Assembly (NCBI GenBank): GCA_951406725.2 | Contig: OX597814.1 | Location: 203,236,001-203,300,000, forward strand | Direction of reading: 5' to 3' | Origin: Octopus vulgaris | Taxonomy: Eukaryota | DNA: 64,000 nucleotides | Part shown: in pieces, positions 1 through 10,837 of the stretch | How positions within the stretch are numbered: position 1 is the first letter of the stretch | Layout of the letters: every line of letters begins with the position of its first letter | Notes under the pieces: model-generated | What the model was told of the DNA's origin: nothing | What the model saw: only the letters and a program-made list of their open reading frames with translations | Database searches by the model: none | Translations under genes and position numbers: made by a program

Positions 1-429
1 CACCTCTAAGCTCCATGCGGCTCCGACAGGAGGTAATGGTGAACCTCTGCTGACTTTTTCACCACACCTTTCTCTCACTCTTTCCTCCTGCATCTAGCAG
101 CTCACCTGCAATGGACCAGCGTCCTGTCCAGGTGGAGAACCTATATGCCAATGAAACCAGGAAACCAGCCCTTATGAGCCAGACATGGCTCAAGAAGGAA
201 CAAACAACAACAAACTTCATTAGCACATCAAACAAAATACTCAGTAGCATTTCTTCTGGCTTCTTTTTATGTTCTGAGTTCAAATCCTGCCAAGGTCAAC
301 ATAGCCTTTCATCTTTTGAGGGCCAATAAAAATGTATCACTTGAGCACTGGGATCAATGTTATCAACTAACACCCTTAACCTTAAATAGCTGACCGTGGG
401 CCAAAATTTGAAATACTCATTATTGCTAC

Positions 430-474
<45 letters not shown>

Positions 475-487
475 TGTCTTTGTTCAG

Positions 488-614
488 CTTTCCTACAGAG
501 CTCGAAATGTTGCTCCCCTTGAGAAAGCAACAAAACAGTCAGGAAGAGATGAAATTTATATCCGTGTAAAAATGATCTCCAACAATACCAATTTCTACCA
601 ACCACACTTCATTG
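488..614 (+). CDS. Non-classical cadherin, internal exon (end of a cadherin repeat); gene starts upstream of the window
   Basis: ttgttcag| acceptor and |gtaagt donor; open frame LSYRARNVAPLEKATKQSGRDEIYIRVKMISNNTNFYQPHFI; ends in phase 1, matching the next exon; NxxxPxF-like linker. Confidence 0.75.
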
Positions 615-1025
615 GTAAGTTTTCAAACTTGTTATCTTGAGTTCCATTTGATATTGACCAAACTGCTGTCAAAGGAAATTTTTTTCATTCCTAGAAGGAG
701 AGAGCCTGGTGCAGCCATCTGGTTCGCCAGTCCTCAGTCAAATCGTCCAACCCATGCTAGCATGGAAAGCAGACGTTAAACGATGATGATGATGACGACA
801 TAAGGTGGCAAGCTGACAAAATGCAGAATCTATCTTTCCAGTTCTGCCCTCAGTTACTCCCACTCCCTCTTCAACAATACGAGTAGCCATGTAGCTCCTT
901 TACTACCAGAAATCTTTTCTCTTCTATCCTTTCTTTCATACTTTATCCCCTCATCTCCTAGAATGGAGCTACCTCCCTCTCTACTGTAACCCAACAATGT
1001 TGAAAGGGAGCATAATTTTGTGAGT

Positions 1026-1336
1026 TACATGGTGACTCCACTGGTGTTGGTGCCACATGGAAAGGAAATAGTAGTTGTGATACCTGTGCCGGCGGCACGT
1101 AAAAAGCACCATCTGAACGTGGCCGATGCCAGCGCCACCTCGACTGGCTTCTGTGCCAGTGGCACATAAAAAGCACCCACTACACTCATGGAGTGGTTGG
1201 AGTTAGGAAGGGCATCCAGCTGTAGAAACATTGCCAGATCAGACTGGAGCTTGGTGCAGCCTTCTGGCTCCCCAGACCCCAGTCGAACGGTCCAACCCAT
1301 GCTAGCACAGAAAACGGACGTTAAATGATGATGATG
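1026..1336 (+). mobile_element. SINE or LINE 3' end with RTE-type tail
   Basis: cacccactacactcatggagtggttggagttaggaagggcatccagctgtagaaac...cgttaaatgatgatgatg; many copies (705, 6310, 19570, 22120, 36170, 56790, 60900, 62920). Confidence 0.8.
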
Positions 1337-1634
1337 AAGGATGTCTATCCATAAAAACCATTCCAAAGCTGACATTGGGACACAGTGTTGTCATCAGATC
1401 CATTAGAGTTTGTTAAACCAGCCAAACTCACACCAGCATGGAAGAGGGTCATTGGAGGAGGAGGACTAGGGGGTTAATTCACTGGAAACACTTATTGTTC
1501 ACAAGTCACTTTTGTTTCTGTGTCGGTTGTGATATAGAACTCAACTTAATGTGTGTTGTGTGTGTCTGTGTGTGTGTGTGTGTGAGAGAGAGAGTCTAGT
1601 TTCCACAGAGTCTAACTATTCTTTATTTTTCCAG

Positions 1635-1771
1635 GTGTTACTGATCCCTTGATTCTGTCAATATCAGAAAACACTTCAATTGGAGCAAACCTGTTCCAGT
1701 TTACTGCAATCGATGGTGATAAAGGCTCAAGTGAAAACATTACCTATTCCATGCAAACAAATAGTGCGAAG
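1635..1771 (+). CDS. Cadherin exon, first half of the last extracellular cadherin repeat
   Basis: ttttccag| ... |gtgagt; GVTDPLILSISENTSIGANLFQFTAIDGDKGSSENITYSMQTNSAK has the cadherin motifs ISEN..IG, AxDxD and ITYS; phase 1 to 0. Confidence 0.92.
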
Positions 1772-1910
1772 GTGAGTAAAGTTTTATGTTTAATCAGCCA
1801 GCCCTGGCATTCAATGCAATCTTATTCCATCCTTATTCTAATGGTTTTGGTCAGATCAGTAAAACTATGCACAGGGTTCTAATGAAATCCTGATGTTTAT
1901 TTTGATCTAA

Positions 1911-2280
1911 TCTCTATATATATAAACGGCAAAATGTTTGTTTGTGTGTTTGTCCTTTATACAAATCCACAATTTTTCAGTTAGAGGGCTTGCACTTTCT
2001 ATGGTCATTCAAAACTGTCCAAGGGTGGTCGTGCACATCTTTACATTTCCCCAGTCACCCCGCAAAGCCATTAAAAAAATCAATAGAAATGACTTTTTTT
2101 GTGAATTTTCTATCCAAAACCCAATCAAAATGCCCGAAACTTGATACGCCAATTGAATACCAGCTAGCTTTATGTGATTGGTCAGAGATTTGGACAGTAC
2201 TCGCATGTATGTGTGCATGCATGCAGCTGTATATGCATGCACTAGCACTATGACCCAGCGTTGCTGGGTCATAGTGCTAG
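1911..2280 (+). mobile_element. Non-autonomous Helitron-like element
   Basis: Starts A|TC(TCTATATATATAAA), ends CTAG|T, 3' hairpin at 2241-2281, no TSD. Confidence 0.6.
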
Positions 2281-2876
2281 TTAAAAATATAGACCTAAAA
2301 GTTTAGGCTAAATCCTCTGTCCTGTCATTAGTTGAATAAAAATAATGGTAAAGTTTTGTTGTTGACTGTGGAACGAGATTAAGGATTCTTCTGGGACTAA
2401 GTTATAATTTTGTTTCTGTAAATTTATTATGTTTCCATGGTTTTTAATGATTAAGTTCATAAAACCATATCTGAACACAGAAATGTGTGTGTGTGCATGT
2501 GCGCAAAGCCATACATGCACACACCTGGACCTCTTCATTCAGCCACTCCAGAAGCTTGAAGAAGTTGAGTTCCATTAGAGGCCTGTGAAGTAGAATTGAA
2601 ACTAAATCAAGCTGTTTTAAATAATACATGTAACTCCTTCTAAATGTACATGATGATGATGTGTGTGTGTGTCTGTTTGCCCCCACACACACACACCGCC
2701 TGACAACCGATGCTGGTGCGTTTACATCCCCATAACTTAGCAGTTCAGCAAAAGAGATCAATAGAATAAGTACTAGGCTTACAAAAAAATAAGTCCTGGG
2801 GTCGATTTGCCCAACTAAAGGCGATACTCCAGCATGGCCACAGTCAAATGACTGAAACAAGTAAAAGAAAAAAAGA

Positions 2877-2878
<2 letters not shown>

Positions 2879-2929
<51 letters not shown>
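2879..2929. repeat. (TA)n microsatellite
   Basis: Direct reading. Confidence 0.95.
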
Positions 2930-2932
<3 letters not shown>

Positions 2933-3285
2933 GTTTAGGCATAGTGTTACTAGTAATCAGTTGTTAGATCTCAATATACTTATGTTTTAGGATAAAACTT
3001 TCAGTAAGTACAAAGCATAATATCAACCAGTGAATGAGTAAAGAACAGGAGTTACTTAATCACTTTCATTAGTTGTAAGAAAAGGCTCCAAGGAAGCTAT
3101 GTACTGTTGCACAAACACTCAGCTCTGGGTGCAATGTTTCTTAGTGCTGAAACAGCTGTAAGCTAATGAAGGTGATTATGTAACTCATGTACTTTTGTCA
3201 TTCATGAATTTACACACACACCCAAACACACACTATAGATGTTTGTCTGTATATATGCAATAATAGTGATGACTTTTGATTTCAG

Positions 3286-3416
3286 ACTAAATGGTTATTT
3301 GAACTCAATAAACAAACAGGATCTCTTCAACTGCAAAATGCAATCCAAGAGAATGATATTGGAAACTACACCCTATGGGTCATTGCCAGCGACAATGATG
3401 TTATTCCAAAAACAAA
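3286..3416 (+). CDS. Cadherin exon, second half of the last cadherin repeat
   Basis: tttcag| ... |gtcagt; TKWLFELNKQTGSLQLQNAIQENDIGNYTLWVIASDNDVIPKT (FxLxxxTG and YxLxVxAxD motifs); phase 0 to 2. Confidence 0.88.
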
Positions 3417-3524
3417 GTCAGTATGGCGCTTTGATGTTCTGTTTGTCTTTTGTTCATTTCTTCATCATTTGTCACTGAGACTTTTCTCTAATATCAATGC
3501 TTTTTAATTTGTTTTGGTCAACAG

Positions 3525-3595
3525 GTCACTATTTGTATGGATAGAAATTATAGAACTGAGAGAAGTGGCTGTGACATTAGCTCCACCAACACTTG
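3525..3595 (+). CDS. Cadherin exon, last beta strand and juxtamembrane linker
   Basis: caacag| ... |gtaagt; (K)SLFVWIEIIELREVAVTLAPPTL; phase 2 to 1 fits both neighbours. Confidence 0.82.
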
Positions 3596-3681
3596 GTAAG
3601 TATTTCTTGGAGAGATGATGATGTGGTGTTAACTTATATGTATTTTCTTTATAATAATTGTGTGTGTGTGTATGTGTGTGT

Positions 3682-5020
3682 AAGACATATCAGGTATGGA
3701 AGCAAGGTCTAGAATCGAAGGGCCTTAGAATTAACCTAGCCAAAACCAAAGTCTTAGTAAGTAGGAAGGCAGACAAATCACAAATCCCCTCAGGTTGATG
3801 GCCCTGCTCGATCTATAGACAGGGTGTAGGTAGAAATGCCATAAGATGTACCTGATATAATCTATGGTTACATAAGAGGTGCAGCAATACCAGAGAGGGG
3901 TTAACAGGGAGACTAGTTTTTGTATGTGGAAGATGCACAGGTACAATAAACACTAGAAATGTACAGACTCCATCAACTGCCAGTGGAGTAAGCTGTGGGT
4001 AGTAGGTAGCTTTTGTTATCTAGGTGACCAAGTTAATGGATGTGGATGCTCTGAGAGTGTAGCTGTGAGAATAAGATTAGGCTGAGCAAAATTCAGAGAG
4101 GTCCTACCTCTGCTGGCAACAAAGGGCCCTTTCCCTCAGAATGAAAGGCAGATTGTATGATGCCTGTGCACAAACAGCTTTGCTACACAGCAGTGAAAAA
4201 TTGGGCTGTGACAGCTGAGGACATACATAGGCTTGAAAGAAATGAAGCTAGTATGCTTTTCTGGATGTGCAATGTCAGTGTGCATGTTCGACAGAGTGTA
4301 AGCATCTTGAGAGAAAAGTTGAGCATAAGAGGCATCAGATGTGATGTGCAAGAGAGATGGCTGAGCTGGTATGGTCCTGTGATGTGTATGGACAAGGACA
4401 ACTGTATAAAGCAGTGCTGATCTCTAGCTGTGGAGGGAACCTGTGGTAGAGGTAAACCCAGAAAGACATGGGACAAGTTGGTGAAGTATAATCTTCAAAC
4501 TTTGGGCCTCACAGACACAATGACTTGTGACCGAGACCTTTGGTGATATGCTGCGCTTGAAAAGACCCATCAAGCCAGGTGAAATCACAGTCATGGCTGA
4601 TACTGGTGTCACATAACTGGCACCCATGCCGGTGGCACATAAAAAGCACTGAGGGTTGGACCTCACAGAGGCAAAGTGGCTGATGCCAGTGGCACGTGAA
4701 AATCTCCTTTCATGTGTTGGGCCTCATAGAGGCAATGACCAAGATCTTTGGCATTATGCTGTGCTTGAAAAGAAGACCCATCAAGCCAAGTAAAATTGCA
4801 GTCGTGGCAGATACTGGTGTCACACAAATGGCACCTGTGCCAGTGGAATGTAAAAGCACCCATTACACTCCCGGAGTGGTTGGCATTAGGAAGGGCATTC
4901 AGCCACAGAAACCATGCCAAATCAGACTGGAGTCTGGTGCAGCCTTCCAGCTTACCAGCCCTGGTCAAACCGTCCAACCCATGCCAACATGGACAACAGA
5001 CGTTAAATGATAATGATGAT
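3682..5020 (+). mobile_element. RTE-clade LINE 3' fragment (degenerate RT C-terminus, 3' UTR, (GAT)n tail)
   Basis: WKQGLESKGLRINLAKTKVL, RLERNEASMLFWMC, RWLSWYGPVMCMD, GRGKPRKTW with stops and frameshifts; tail ccaacccatgccaacatgg...cgttaaatgataatgatgat. Confidence 0.85.
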
Positions 5021-5483
5021 GTTTGTGTATGTATTGAAGAATATATATATGTATGCACTTCTGCTGGGCAACTCCAACTGCCCCAACATCAAATGGCCAG
5101 AAGGCAGCAATAATCTTAGGAATATCACAGAGTCTCTACTTGATTTCTCCAAGACGGTGTTCATGGAGCAAATAATACCATTCCTAACCTTGAGCTTCAA
5201 CGTCTTCAATATCTACTTCCCTAATAACATGTAACTACCCGCAATGTGGAGGTGTTGCCAATAATTTTGTCAGGCCATAAATGGTCCAAAACTAATCAGA
5301 CCTGTATAGCACACAGGAGGCACCAGAGCTCTTTCTAAATTGAACTTTTACAAAGCTATTTAGAAATCAGTTCAAAAGGAGATCCTGAAATAAAATCAAC
5401 CCAAAAGTTTCTCTATGGAAGACAATGATATAAACTCAGAATTTATGTTAATAACTTATGTTAATGATTTATGTTAATAATAA

Positions 5484-5632
5484 GGTGCATGGCTCAGTGG
5501 TTAGGGTATCTGGCTCACAAATGTAAGGTCATGGATTCGATTCCTGGCAGTGTGTTGTGTCCTTAAACAAGACACTTTATTTCACTTTGCTTCTGTTCGC
5601 TCAGCTGGCAAAAATGAGTTAGATCTGTAATT
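5484..5632 (+). mobile_element. tRNA-headed SINE of a third family
   Basis: A box tggctcagtggtt, B box gattcgattcc, then ttgtgtccttaaacaagacacttt (Meta/CORE-like body). Confidence 0.65.
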
Positions 5633-5749
5633 CAATGTCCCTGATGGTTTACCAGTTATTTAACTCCTGCAAAACCACTACTGAAACTCTTCCAGACCTT
5701 CTTTACATGTGACAAACTTACCAAAAAACTTAAAAGATGATATAATATA

Positions 5750-6074
5750 TTATTTACATCATTTACATTTGACGGATATGTGTCCTCATCTTGTTTGTTG
5801 TTAACACAACGTTTCAGCTGATATATTCTCCAGCCTTCATCAGGTGTCTTGGGGAAATTTCGAACAAGGGTTCTCATTCCTGAGGTATTTTTCAATGATG
5901 TTGTTGTCGGCGGTGGCGGCGGCGTGAATGATAATAATTTCCCCAAGACACCTGATGAAGGCTGGAGGGTATATCAGTCAAAACATTGTGTTAACAATAA
6001 ATAGGATGAGGACAAATATCCATCAAATGTAAATAATGTACATAATTCCTCATCTCTTAAATATAGAACTGTAT
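5750..6074. mobile_element. PLE-derived fold-back insertion with two hammerheads
   Basis: Inverted arms of about 105 bp (about 5755-5860 and 5936-6040); direct repeat GATGATATAATATA at 5736-5749 and 6075-6088; same sequence family lies next to the PLE ORF at 26114-26220. Confidence 0.75.
5803..5848 (-). ncRNA. Minimal type I hammerhead ribozyme, C3-G8 core
   Basis: GACAC-CUGAUGA-A-GGCUG[GAGAAUAUAU]CAGCU-GAAAC-GUU-GUGUU; decayed mirror copy on + at 5947-5992. Confidence 0.75.
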
Positions 6075-6638
6075 GATGATATAATATACTCTATTCATGA
6101 AAAAGAGAATAGATAATATGCTAAAAGTGACATCATACAGCATTGCTTCTGTCCAGGAAGGTGCTGTCTCAGCTGCACCATTACAACTGGCTACTAAAAC
6201 AACTGCTCAATCAGTTTTGGCATGGTTTTTTACAGCTGGATGCCCTTCCAACACCAGTCATTTTACAGGGGGTCCTGAGTGCTTTTTTTTTTCTGGTACT
6301 AACAGTGCTGGTGCCATGTACAAAGCACTTGTGCTGGTGCCCCATAAAAAGCACCCTGTATACTCTGTAAAGTGGTTGGTGTTAGGAAGGGCATCCAACC
6401 ATAGAAACCATACCAAAACAGACGACTGGGGCCTTGTGCAGCTCTTTGGCTTGCCAGCTCCTGTCAATCTGTCCAACCCATGCCAGCATGGGAAATGGAC
6501 AATAAATGACTGTGATAACGAACCATGTTGACCTGGAGCCAAACAACAAGAATAACAATGATAAATCATCCTAAAATGTTTGACCCGAGTAAAGATAAAT
6601 ATTGACTTCATTGTGCCGTCTTATTTTATCTGTTGCAG

Positions 6639-6753
6639 ATAGTTATGGTTGGTCAACCATTACCATACCATTTCCCATTCTTACTGGTGCTGCTGCTGGA
6701 GTTCTGCTCGTTGTCTTTTCATTGCTGGGACTTCTTATATGTCAATGTAAAAG
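6639..6753 (+). CDS. Cadherin transmembrane exon
   Basis: tgttgcag| ... |gtaatc; DSYGWSTITIPFPILTGAAAGVLLVVFSLLGLLICQCK(R): hydrophobic helix followed by Cys and basic residues; phase 1 to 2. Confidence 0.88.
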
Positions 6754-7611
6754 GTAATCAACAAATTCTTCCATCTTTGATACGTCTATTGGCTACTGGA
6801 GATAACCAACCTATTATCTCCACTTTCATCTACAGAATATTCTTCTTACCATTCCCTCATGACATCCCATCTTTTTTTTTTTTTTTTTTTGCTATATTGA
6901 TGCTGTTGTGGCTTTCAGAGCTTCCTTTCTTGAATTGTCAGAATGTAACTATCATCTCTTTTCCTGCTGAGCTTGCTTTCATAGTTGATGCTCTCTCAAA
7001 CTTGCTTTCATCACTTTCTGCCATCAATTTCTGCATCATTGTTCTTCCATAGTTCCACAGCCCAGCTGACCTTCATCTGCTTCATTTTTAAATACCTCCG
7101 ATCTGTTTCTTCCAGATTATTTAGAAGATGCATTTACATATCAACTGTGTATGTGTGAAGCACATCACACACACACACACACACACCTCCATTTTAATTC
7201 TAATAAACCCATCTCTGATTTCCTAATAAAGTTTTTACATATCTGTATTAAAATGTATAAAATTCATCCAAAATATATATTTTTTAAAAAATACATCAAT
7301 ACTTTATTTGAAGAGTTGGTGTGATTATTAAAAGATAGAATATAGAATTGGCCAATAACAAAATTTTAGATTCAGCCTTAGATGATAAGTAAATTTTATT
7401 TACCTGCAATATCATTAAGCTAGAACTGATCTCAAAAATATTCTGTTGAGTCCGTAAGATTAGGATCATAATCCAATTTTAGCTTCTTCCAATGTTATTA
7501 TGGAATCATAATAACATTGCTGAGATATTTAGGTAAATTCTTGATTTGTTTATTTATGGATTCTAGTTTAAAACTTCTATTTGTGATGTTTTTGCTCCTT
7601 TTTTTTTTACC

Positions 7612-7841
7612 TTAACCCTTTAGCATTCAGATTTTTCTATCAAATATGATACTTATTTATTCACTTTGTTTTGAATAAATTAAACATTACCTTGTAGCTT
7701 TTGAGATTTTGATGATGTGTACACTTATTTTTTAGAGTGACATAGCAGAGTAGGTGTGAGTGACCAGATCTGGCTAGTTTGAACATAAAACAAATAGAAT
7801 AGTGTGGCCAGATATGGCCGGTTTGAATGCGAAAGGGTTAA
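7612..7841. mobile_element. piggyBac-type MITE, second family
   Basis: ttaaccctttagcattca ... tgaatgcgaaagggttaa; relatives near 20810-21027 and 57396-57470. Confidence 0.75.
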
Positions 7842-7859
7842 ATATATTGTCATTATTAT

Positions 7860-8075
7860 AAAGGTTTCAAATTTTGACACAAGGCCAGTAATTTCAAGGA
7901 AGGGGGAAGTCAATTACATCGACCCCAGTGCGTAACTGGTACTTATTTATTCGACCTCAAAAGGATGAAAGGCAAACCCAACCTTGGCAGAATTTGAACT
8001 CAGAACGTAATGACAGACAAAACGTCACTAAGCATTTTGCCCGGTACAGTAACGATTCTGCTAGCTGGCCACCTT
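7860..8075 (-). mobile_element. Nin/Deu-domain SINE
   Basis: Reverse complement of the family at 8316 and 14459; further copies near 270, 19652, 25420, 25680, 34900, 46620-46975 and 61365. Confidence 0.8.
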
Positions 8076-8249
8076 ATATTGTCAGATTATAATGATTGCA
8101 TTAATTACTATTTATCAATTAACTATTTAAAAATATCTTGTTACACAGTTGTTTTACACTAATGCATTACATACTCACACACAATCATATATGCAGATGA
8201 ATACACAGATCTATTCAGTATATATATTATTGTTGCTGTTATTATTATC

Positions 8250-8730
8250 AAGGTGACTAGCTGGCAAAATTGTCAGCATGCTGGACGAAATGCTGAGTAA
8301 TATTTCACCTGACTTAAGGCAGCAAGCTGGCAGAAACGTTAGCATGCCAGGCGAAATGCGTAGCTGTATTTCGTCTGCCGTTACGTTCTGAGTTCAAATT
8401 CTGCCAAGGTTGACTTTGCCTTTCATCCTTTCAGGGTCGATAAATTAAGTACCAGTTATGCACTGGGGTCGATGTAATCAACTTAATCTGTTTGTCTGTC
8501 CTTGTTTGTCCCCTCTGTGTTTAGCCCCTTGTGGGTAGTAAAGAAATAGATATTTCACCTGTCACTATGATCTGAGTTCAAATCCTGCCAGGGTCAACTT
8601 TGTCTTTCTTCCTTTCAAGGTTGATAACTTAAGTACCAGTGAAACACTGGGCTCAATGTAATAGACTGGTCCCCTTCCCCCAAATTTCAGGCTTTGTACC
8701 TATAGTAGGAAGTATTATTATTATTATTAT
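8250..8730 (+). mobile_element. Nin/Deu-domain SINE (8316-8550) nested in an older copy
   Basis: Outer copy broken at tatttcacctg, which recurs at 8551. Confidence 0.8.
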
Positions 8731-9149
8731 GGCAGTCATTGGAATGTCAGTCACAATGTCTGGCGGTGTTTCTTTCAAATCACTATGTTCTGAGTTCAAA
8801 TTCCACAAGGGTAAAATTTGCCTTTCGTTCCTCTGGTTTCAAAGTAGCAGTTAAATGTTGGTGTTGTTGTCATTGACTTTTCCCCTCCTCTTCAAAACTA
8901 CTCACCTTGTGCCAAAATCAGAAAGATTATTATTTATTTTTTGAATTCATCCTATAAAGAAAATGTTGGATTCTAACAATGAAACAAAGCTCCATCAAAG
9001 GAATTTAGCTAAAAGTAACCATGAAGCATTACATGTGAAACTTTAACAAAATCTTCCATATTTTTACTCTTCCACTTATTGTTTCTTTGACAGCTTTTTG
9101 AGTTCACTACTTAGACATTTACTAACAGAACCAGGCTAACTGCTGAACC

Positions 9150-9435
9150 TATTGGTGCAGGCAGCATGGAGCATGGTATCATTAATGTAGAGGTACAACT
9201 AGTCTTACAGACATTGGACAGGTTTATTGATGAAAGCAGAGGACAGAAGTGGTCTTGTGGGACTGATGCCATAATAAGTGATAGATCAATGTTGGCCTGA
9301 AAGGGTAACTTTGGATTTCCAGTTAAAGCTGCTTTGAAGCCACCTTAGCATTTCCCAACGTATTTGGATTCAGGTCTGTCAAACCATTTATCTATCAAAA
9401 CCTCTTTTGATGTCCAAGGTTATGATGCACACCTA
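9150..9435 (-). mobile_element. Highly decayed LINE reverse-transcriptase fragment (CR1/L2/Jockey group)
   Basis: Minus-strand remnants LDIKRGFDR, MLRWLQS, VPQ..PLL and LYINDT, in the order of the RT motifs DxxKAFD, GVPQGSxLGP and YADD. Confidence 0.5.
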
Positions 9436-10709
9436 GGTGACATCAAGATTAGTCCTCAATGTTTATAAAAATAGAAAATAAATATTCCAAACACCTGCTT
9501 AAGGACAAGATTATTTTATTAAATTCTTCATTATTCTCATGTGAAATGTGGTACCAAAAGAGTTAAGCAAATAGATTCCATTACGATGACGAAGAAGAAG
9601 AAGAAGAGGGGGAGGAGGAGGAGGAGGAGAAGAAGTGGAAGAAGAAGAAGAAGAAGTGGAATAAGAGGAGGCGGAGGATCTTGATATTTTGACAGATCAC
9701 TGACCTAGGCTTCACATCTTATAAGAATCAGAGAAACAATCTTCCACCAGTTTGGAAATGCCACGCATGACACATTGATAAAATAGGAAATGTAGGAGAG
9801 GGAGGAGTGGTAGTTCCATCTACCATTTCTTCTGGACTCTGGCTAGAATTAGCTCAGAGTCAGTGTCTTTATCAAGTTTGACTCCTCACAACTTTATGAA
9901 AATAATTCCATTCTAAAGCACTTAAATATCAGAAGGTTGCTTCATCAGCGAATGGTTGGTTCTTACATTTTTAATATACAACACTTTTCAGCTTACCCTC
10001 ACTCCCCAGCAAGCATGGCTGTGTGGTTAAGAAGTTTTCTTCCCAACCATGTGGTTTTGGGTTCAGTTCCATTGTGCAGTGGCCCCAAGCCAAGCAAACC
10101 ATTGTGAGTGTATTTGGCTGACAGAAACTGAAAGAAACCCATCGTATATATACATGTATGTATGTGTACTCTTGTCTTGGCATCACATGGAGGCTGTAGA
10201 ACAGGCGTTACCATCATGCAAGTGATGGTATTCATTTCCATTCTTCCATGACAAACACATCTGACAATATGACATTGCTTAATGACAAGTGAAGGCTGGA
10301 GACAGGATGAGCATCTAGATGTAGAAAATATGCTTAAACAAATTTCATCTGACCCATGCAAGCATAGAAAAGTGAAAGTTAAAATGATGATGATGATGAT
10401 GATGTCCAGCAACATCATGTTCAATCATTTCATCAGATTTTTTAGATTTCTTTTATTTCTCCATTATTAATCTATGCCTTGGTGTTTCACAGCTTCATTT
10501 TGTTGTATCTGTTACACACTGAAGGGGCTTAAGGAGAATGTTCTCTTAAGCCTGATAAACGTCTACCCCCTTCACATCTTTCATCCTCGCACACAAAGTA
10601 AATTACATTTTAAGTGTTGGTATTTGATTTAATTTAACAAAACCTTCCACAAAAATATTAGCAAATAGAATTGTGTTTGTATATATATACATGTGTGTGT
10701 GTACATGTG

Positions 10710-10752
<43 letters not shown>

Positions 10753-10801
10753 AAAAAAAGTCAAGATAGAAAATGCTAAAGTAATTTTATAAAAAACATT
10801 T

Positions 10802-10837
10802 CAGTACCAGTTTCAGTCATTGTGACTTTTTCAACTG
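10802..10837 (-). ncRNA. Minimal hammerhead motif, U3-A8 core variant
   Basis: CAG-UUGAAAA-AGUCA[CAA]UGACU-GAAAC[UG]GUA-CUG; lies in an insert between two (TA)n arrays. Confidence 0.6.

Noticed and set aside
3417-3426. Second donor GTATGG 4 nt after GTCAGT
   Set aside because: Would shift the frame of exon 3525-3595; the upstream donor fits the phase
5484-5550. tRNA-like A and B boxes (also in many SINE heads)
   Set aside because: No cloverleaf; continues into SINE body, so no tRNA gene is called
6633-7052. 139-aa hydrophobic ORF
   Set aside because: Wrong frame over the cadherin TM exon, running into T-rich intron sequence
9094-9139. Acceptor-like site giving SFLSSLLRHLLTEPG* after the TM exon
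   Set aside because: Only an acceptor motif next to a decayed LINE; no further support
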